Source: Pseudomonadota bacterium
GTDB lineage: Bacteria; Bdellovibrionota_B; Oligoflexia; Oligoflexales; CAIMVM01
Assembly: GCA_037142195.1 (NCBI GenBank)
Contig: JBAXBA010000061.1
Coordinates: forward strand, 1-22,317
Reading direction: 5' to 3'
DNA: 22,317 bases
This document shows, piece after piece, positions 17,862-22,317 of the stretch (within the stretch, counting starts at the first letter, position 1; each line of letters opens with the position of its first letter). Made by a program: the position numbers and the translations under genes. The notes below the pieces were generated by a model. It was given only the letters and a program-made list of their open reading frames with translations. It made no database searches and was not told where the DNA came from.

Positions 17862-18399
17862 AATCCAGAGCACCCCAAATCCTAACGCACGTAAATATGT
17901 TTTAAGTGCGACCGTTAAAGCTGAAGGAAAGGTTTCTTATTCCAATGCCTCGGAGTGTTCCCACATCCCCTTGGCTTCTGCGCTATTGGGTCTGCCTGGT
18001 GTCAAGCAAGTCCACCTTTTTGAAAACGTCGTAACAATTACACAAAACGGCGAAGTCAATTGGGCTGAATTAGATAAAAGCGTACAGGATGCTGTCCTTT
18101 CAGAAATTGATACCCATGATATCAACTTTATCGATGTTCTAGATCGAGAGCCAGAACGTCGGGCCCTCTTGTCTGAAGAAGGTAAAAGAATCGAAGATAT
18201 TTTAGATATGACCATTCGCCCCGGACTACAAGCAGATGGTGGCGATGTGGAAGTAATAGAAATTCATGAAAACATTGTCACGTTACGTTACATGGGTGCC
18301 TGCGGAGGGTGTCCTAGCTCCATGGAAGGCACACTTGAAGCTATTAAAGCTATTTTACGTGATGAGTATGATCCAAATGTTGAAGTTGTAGCCATTTAA
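17848..18399 (+). CDS. Nfu/NifU-family Fe-S carrier (Nfu_N plus NifU C-terminal domain)
   Basis: TPNPNARKY N-terminal domain; IRPGLQADGGDVE...GACGGCPSS; GGAGG RBS; 14-bp overlap with sufD. Confidence 0.93.
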   Translation: MLQFRIQSTPNPNARKYVLSATVKAEGKVSYSNASECSHIPLASALLGLPGVKQVHLFENVVTITQNGEVNWAELDKSVQDAVLSEIDTHDINFIDVLDREPERRALLSEEGKRIEDILDMTIRPGLQADGGDVEVIEIHENIVTLRYMGACGGCPSSMEGTLEAIKAILRDEYDPNVEVVAI

Positions 18400-18420
18400 T
18401 CTCCATTGGAAACTTGAACC

Positions 18421-19488
18421 ATGGGCCTTGAAAAACCAAATTTTAAAAACATAGATCAAACTAAGACTTGGATGAAAAGCAAGTTGTCTCGCGTCGTACC
18501 CGAGTTTGAAATAGAAACCCAAGCAGAACTCGTCGTCGAAATTGAAGCTCTTAAAAAAGAGAAGAAGGCTATCATTCTCGGCCACAACTACATGGAACCC
18601 GCTCTTTATCATACGGTCCCAGACTTCGTAGGAGACAGCCTTCAACTTGCTAGGGCCGGAGCGACCACCGAAGCTCAAGTGATCGTTTTTGCGGGAGTAG
18701 AATTTATGGCTGAAACAGCCAAAATTCTAAGTCCTGAAAAAACAGTGCTGATTCCCTCACAAAGAGCGGGATGCTCGCTTGCCAAGTCCATCACCGGCGA
18801 TGATGTACGAAAGATGAAACAGCTTTACCCGGGAGTGCCCGTGGTGAGCTATGTAAATACCTATGCTGATGTAAAAGCAGAAACCGACATTTGTTGCACC
18901 TCAAGCAATGCTGTTCAAGTCGTTAAATCCTTGAATACGAATCAAGTCATTTTTATACCTGACGAGTATTTAGCTCAGAATGTAGCTCGTGAATTAGGAA
19001 TTGACCTCATCGTTCCCTCCAGCGGCCCCTCAAAAGCGGCTCAATTGAAGTCCATGGGACTGAAGCCCCATCTTATCGGCTGGCCTGGAAAATGTGAAGT
19101 CCACGACCAATTTCATGTGAGTGATGTGTCAGATATCAGAAAGCAGTTCCCTGAGGCGGTGATTTTAGCCCACCCTGAATGTCGGAGCGAAGTTGTAGAG
19201 GCTTGTGATTTTTCTGGATCAACTGCAGCCATGATTAAATATGTGCAGACGGTTCCAGCCGAAAAGTATGTTTTGCTAACGGAATGTAGTATGGGCGATA
19301 ATATTCAGGCAGATAACCCTGAAAAAGAACTTCTACGTTTGTGTTCCACTCGTTGCCCCCATATGGCTCAAATTACCCTGAAAATGGTACGCGATGCACT
19401 CCTTTTCAATCAATTCCAAGTGAGCATTCCTGAAGATGTCAGAATTAAGGCGGAGCGCAGCCTTCAAAGAATGCTAGAGATAGGCTAA
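18421..19488 (+). CDS. nadA: Quinolinate synthase
   Basis: ILGHNY, GDSLQLA, FMAETAKILSP, AGCSLA, YVNT, CTSSNA, CEVH, AHPEC, GST, CPHM; the three cluster Cys are present. Confidence 0.97.
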   Translation: MGLEKPNFKNIDQTKTWMKSKLSRVVPEFEIETQAELVVEIEALKKEKKAIILGHNYMEPALYHTVPDFVGDSLQLARAGATTEAQVIVFAGVEFMAETAKILSPEKTVLIPSQRAGCSLAKSITGDDVRKMKQLYPGVPVVSYVNTYADVKAETDICCTSSNAVQVVKSLNTNQVIFIPDEYLAQNVARELGIDLIVPSSGPSKAAQLKSMGLKPHLIGWPGKCEVHDQFHVSDVSDIRKQFPEAVILAHPECRSEVVEACDFSGSTAAMIKYVQTVPAEKYVLLTECSMGDNIQADNPEKELLRLCSTRCPHMAQITLKMVRDALLFNQFQVSIPEDVRIKAERSLQRMLEIG

Positions 19489-19510
19489 GGACCCTTAGAA
19501 GAGGTTTGAA

Positions 19511-19996
19511 ATGAATTTCACTGCAAAAAGTCGTTATGCATTAAAAATAATGATGGCACTCTCAAAACAAGATGAAACCGGTCTTCAAACGCGCATTGAG
19601 GTGTCCAAACGCCATGGCATACCTCTAGATTTTATGGATCAAATCTTAGCACGACTCAAATCTGCAGACTTGATTCAGACTACTCGAGGCCGCTCGGGAG
19701 GCCTATGTTTGACGAAACCATCTTCGTCCGTCTCCCTTTGGGAGATATTTAAAGCGGTAGAAGACAATCTCTATCCGGTTCAGTGCCTAGAAAACGAAGG
19801 CTGTGTCTACGAAAACGAATGCATTTCAAGAAACATATGGACGGACATTTTTTCAGGCATTGAAGACCACCTTCGTCAAATTACACTCCAAAAAGCCTTG
19901 GACAGCGCTGCACCTAATATAGGTTTAAATCGCATCGAACATACTCAAGAATGTAAGGCTCCCAAAAAACAAATTGGCGACAGTTTACCGATATGA
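19511..19996 (+). CDS. Rrf2-family transcriptional regulator (IscR-like, C-x5-C-x5-C)
   Basis: TAKSRYAL, wHTH with RGRSGG, IFKAVE, CLENEGCVYENEC; GAGG RBS. Confidence 0.92.
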   Translation: MNFTAKSRYALKIMMALSKQDETGLQTRIEVSKRHGIPLDFMDQILARLKSADLIQTTRGRSGGLCLTKPSSSVSLWEIFKAVEDNLYPVQCLENEGCVYENECISRNIWTDIFSGIEDHLRQITLQKALDSAAPNIGLNRIEHTQECKAPKKQIGDSLPI

Positions 19997-20697
19997 ATTC
20001 AAGCTTACTTTTAGATCAATTCCAAAAAATCTCTTCTTCTTGGAGGGAAGCTCTAGCAGAAGAGTTAAGAAAGCCCTACTTTCAAGAACTCGATCAACAT
20101 ATTTCCAAATTGAGCCATGTGGAAAATGCTTTTTATCCTCCTTTAGATGACATTTTTTCTGCTTTTAAATGGACTGATTTTTCTGCCGCAAAAGTCGTAA
20201 TCCTAGGCCAAGATCCTTATCATGGTCCAGGTCAAGCCCATGGTCTTTCTTTTTCGGTGAAGGAATCCGTTCCTATTCCACCATCTCTTAAGAATATCTA
20301 TAAAGAACTCAAGTCTGATTTGGGCATTGAGCCTCCTAGCCACGGGAATCTTTCCTCTTGGGCTAAACAAGGTGTCTTTTTGCTAAACTCCATCCTCACG
20401 GTGGAACCTGGATGTCCAGGATCCCACGAGTCGCTGGGCTGGGAACTGTTTACCGATGCGGTATTTAAGGCGTTAAATCGAAGAGAGAAACCGCTAGTAT
20501 TTATTTTGTGGGGCGCCTATGCCCAACGACGCCAAAAACTGCTGGACACAGCAAAACATTTAGTGATCGCCAGCCCCCATCCGTCACCACTTTCTTGTTA
20601 TCGTGGATTTTTTGGTTCCAAGCCTTTTTCAAAGACAAATGAGTTTTTGAAACTGCACCGAGAATCCCCCATTCATTGGGAACTGGTGAATTCCTAG
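19993..20697 (+). CDS. ung: Uracil-DNA glycosylase (family 1)
   Basis: KVVILGQDPYHGPGQAHGLSFSV, PPSLKNIYKEL, WAKQGVFLLN, FILWG, HPSPLS; ATGA overlap with the Rrf2 gene. Confidence 0.97.
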   Translation: MNSSLLLDQFQKISSSWREALAEELRKPYFQELDQHISKLSHVENAFYPPLDDIFSAFKWTDFSAAKVVILGQDPYHGPGQAHGLSFSVKESVPIPPSLKNIYKELKSDLGIEPPSHGNLSSWAKQGVFLLNSILTVEPGCPGSHESLGWELFTDAVFKALNRREKPLVFILWGAYAQRRQKLLDTAKHLVIASPHPSPLSCYRGFFGSKPFSKTNEFLKLHRESPIHWELVNS

Positions 20698-20792
20698 TTT
20701 TCAAATTTTTCTGACATCTAAAGAATTCATTTTTACTGCATTTTTGCAGGCCTAAGGAATAAGTCTCTTAGTTAGAAACTGAATATCTAATA

Positions 20793-21314
20793 CTAGGCAA
20801 TAGGATCTGAAATTTTGTAGACACAACGCTCGAGCTTTGTGCCATTAGGAGCAGACTTTTCCGTATGTCTGTCGTAGACAGCCCCAATTTTCTCCGCGGC
20901 ACGGCGGGATCGCAAATTATTCGGTGAAATTTCAAACTCCACTGTCTTTACGAATCTCAGAGCAAAATTGACGAGGCAGCGTTTGATTTCTAAATTAGGG
21001 GAGCCACCCCAGTACTTCGTCTCGAGAAAAGAATACCCTAATAAAACTTTAGCTTCCTTAGGGCTATATTCATAAAACGTGGATGATCCCATGATCTGAG
21101 AGTTCGCTTTATCGACAATGACCAAAGGAGCCTCTAGCGACATGATCTTATCGAAGTAAACTCTAAAACCTTCTTTCTGATAGCGCAGAACTTCAGAATG
21201 CATGGCCCAAATTGCCGGATCTGACGCAGCCCTAAAAAGGGCGTCATAGTCAGACTCTAAAAGACTTCGAATAAGATACCGATCAGTTTCTAGCTTGTCT
21301 ATTTTTGCAAACAT
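20793..21314 (-). CDS. GNAT-family N-acetyltransferase (RimJ/RimL-like)
   Basis: ASDPAIW, IMGSSTFY, LGYSFL..KYWGG..N.EIK, NLRSRRAAEKIGA. Confidence 0.88.
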   Translation of the reverse strand: MFAKIDKLETDRYLIRSLLESDYDALFRAASDPAIWAMHSEVLRYQKEGFRVYFDKIMSLEAPLVIVDKANSQIMGSSTFYEYSPKEAKVLLGYSFLETKYWGGSPNLEIKRCLVNFALRFVKTVEFEISPNNLRSRRAAEKIGAVYDRHTEKSAPNGTKLERCVYKISDPIA

Positions 21315-21354
21315 GGAGACTTCTTTCCCATTAAATTAAGAATTCCAGCGCGAT

Positions 21355-22317
21355 TTAACTATAAGCTAAATGAGAGGATAGCCATTTTTCGACTTCCTCA
21401 AGGGGCATATTCTTTCTCTTGGCATAGTCTTCCATCTGATCCCGTTGAATCCGACCCACCCTAAAATACTTCGCCTCAGGGTGAAAGAAGTAAAATCCTG
21501 AAATACTTGAAGCAGGATGCATAGCTAGGTTTTCAGTCAATGTGATCCCGGTATTCTGTTCCACGTCCATAAGTTTCCATAGCTTTTTCTTTTCGGTGTG
21601 ATCTGGACAGGCCGGATATCCAGGTGCTGGCCGAATCCCACGATATTTTTCCGCGATAAGATCATCTGGGCTCCATTGGCCTCTTTCTTCGATGCCCAAT
21701 TCGACGCGAACCGTCATATGCAAAAATTCCGCATGGGCCTCGGCAAGGCGATCGCCCAACACTTTTAAGATTATGGAATTATAGTCATCACCCTTCATTT
21801 CATATTGCTTGGCGAGTTCTTCGACTTCTTTCCCAGTAGTCAAAGCAAACGCACCCATGTAATCCTGAAATCCGGAAGATTTTGGCGCCACAAAATCAGC
21901 AAGAGAATAATAGATCCTATCTTCAGTCTTTTCTTTTTGCTGTCTTAAAAAATGAAACTTCTCTAAGGAATCGCTACTTCCCTTTTTATAAATCTCAATG
22001 TCATCACCCACCGAGTTGCAGGCCCAAATCTGAGTCACGGATTTCGGCTTCCAAAGCCCATTCTTAGAAATATGATCCAAATGCGCGAGCGCATCTTGAT
22101 AGAGTTTCTTAGCTTCGCTTCCCCAGCGCGGCGAACTCAATATACTGGGAAAAATACCCTTCATCTCCCAAGCCCAGAAGAAAGGACTCCAGTCTATGTA
22201 GGGAATAAGATCTGAAACTGTGATATCTCTCACCTGGCGATTCAAGTTTATAGGCTTAGCACCTAAATTTGATTTCCATTCAGGTTTAAATCCCGATGAC
22301 TTAGCTTCTTCATAGGC
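21355..22317 (-). CDS. metH: Cobalamin-dependent methionine synthase, C-terminal AdoMet activation domain (5' part outside the window)
   Basis: YIDWSPFF..WE, FLRQQ, SLADFVAP, DDYNSIILKVLGDRLAEA, YRGIRPAPGYPACPDHTEK. The frame stays open to the window edge. Confidence 0.96.
   Translation of the reverse strand, partial: AYEEAKSSGFKPEWKSNLGAKPINLNRQVRDITVSDLIPYIDWSPFFWAWEMKGIFPSILSSPRWGSEAKKLYQDALAHLDHISKNGLWKPKSVTQIWACNSVGDDIEIYKKGSSDSLEKFHFLRQQKEKTEDRIYYSLADFVAPKSSGFQDYMGAFALTTGKEVEELAKQYEMKGDDYNSIILKVLGDRLAEAHAEFLHMTVRVELGIEERGQWSPDDLIAEKYRGIRPAPGYPACPDHTEKKKLWKLMDVEQNTGITLTENLAMHPASSISGFYFFHPEAKYFRVGRIQRDQMEDYAKRKNMPLEEVEKWLSSHLAYS

Noticed and set aside
19993..20697. UDG as an Fe-S client explaining its place in the suf operon
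   Set aside because: GQDPY/HPSPLS motifs mark family 1 Ung, which has no Fe-S cluster (families 4/5 do).
355..22067. Other short ORFs in the track nested in or antisense to long genes
   Set aside because: They overlap well-supported CDSs and show no motifs or independent support.
21355..22245. Stand-alone MetH activation-domain gene starting at 22245
   Set aside because: The frame is open to the window edge and continues MetH-like sequence, so it is most likely a truncated view of a longer metH.

Overview
Chromosomal, gene-dense bacterial window with no mobile element or CRISPR array visible. Gene content and style suggest Bdellovibrionota/Oligoflexia or a related deltaproteobacteria-like lineage (inference). 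Left to right: a possible small Cys/His protein; a membrane-anchored helical-repeat protein with a degenerate cNMP-binding domain; an outer-membrane beta-barrel; RppH; a 4-TM HxH protein; a receiver-domain protein behind a sigma28-like promoter; a five-gene, fully translationally coupled minus-strand operon (MltD-like lytic transglycosylase, exported coiled-coil/beta protein, two large exported TPR proteins, TPR lipoprotein) resembling a Glt/Nfs-type envelope module; tRNA-Pro(GGG); a divergent Fe-S locus (2Fe-2S ferredoxin and an atypical one-Cys HesB/IscA protein on the minus strand; sufB-sufC-sufD-nfu-nadA-rrf2-ung on the plus strand, with no sufS/sufE); a GNAT; and the 3' part of metH. The best candidates for new biology are the transglycosylase-TPR operon and the non-canonical Fe-S locus.
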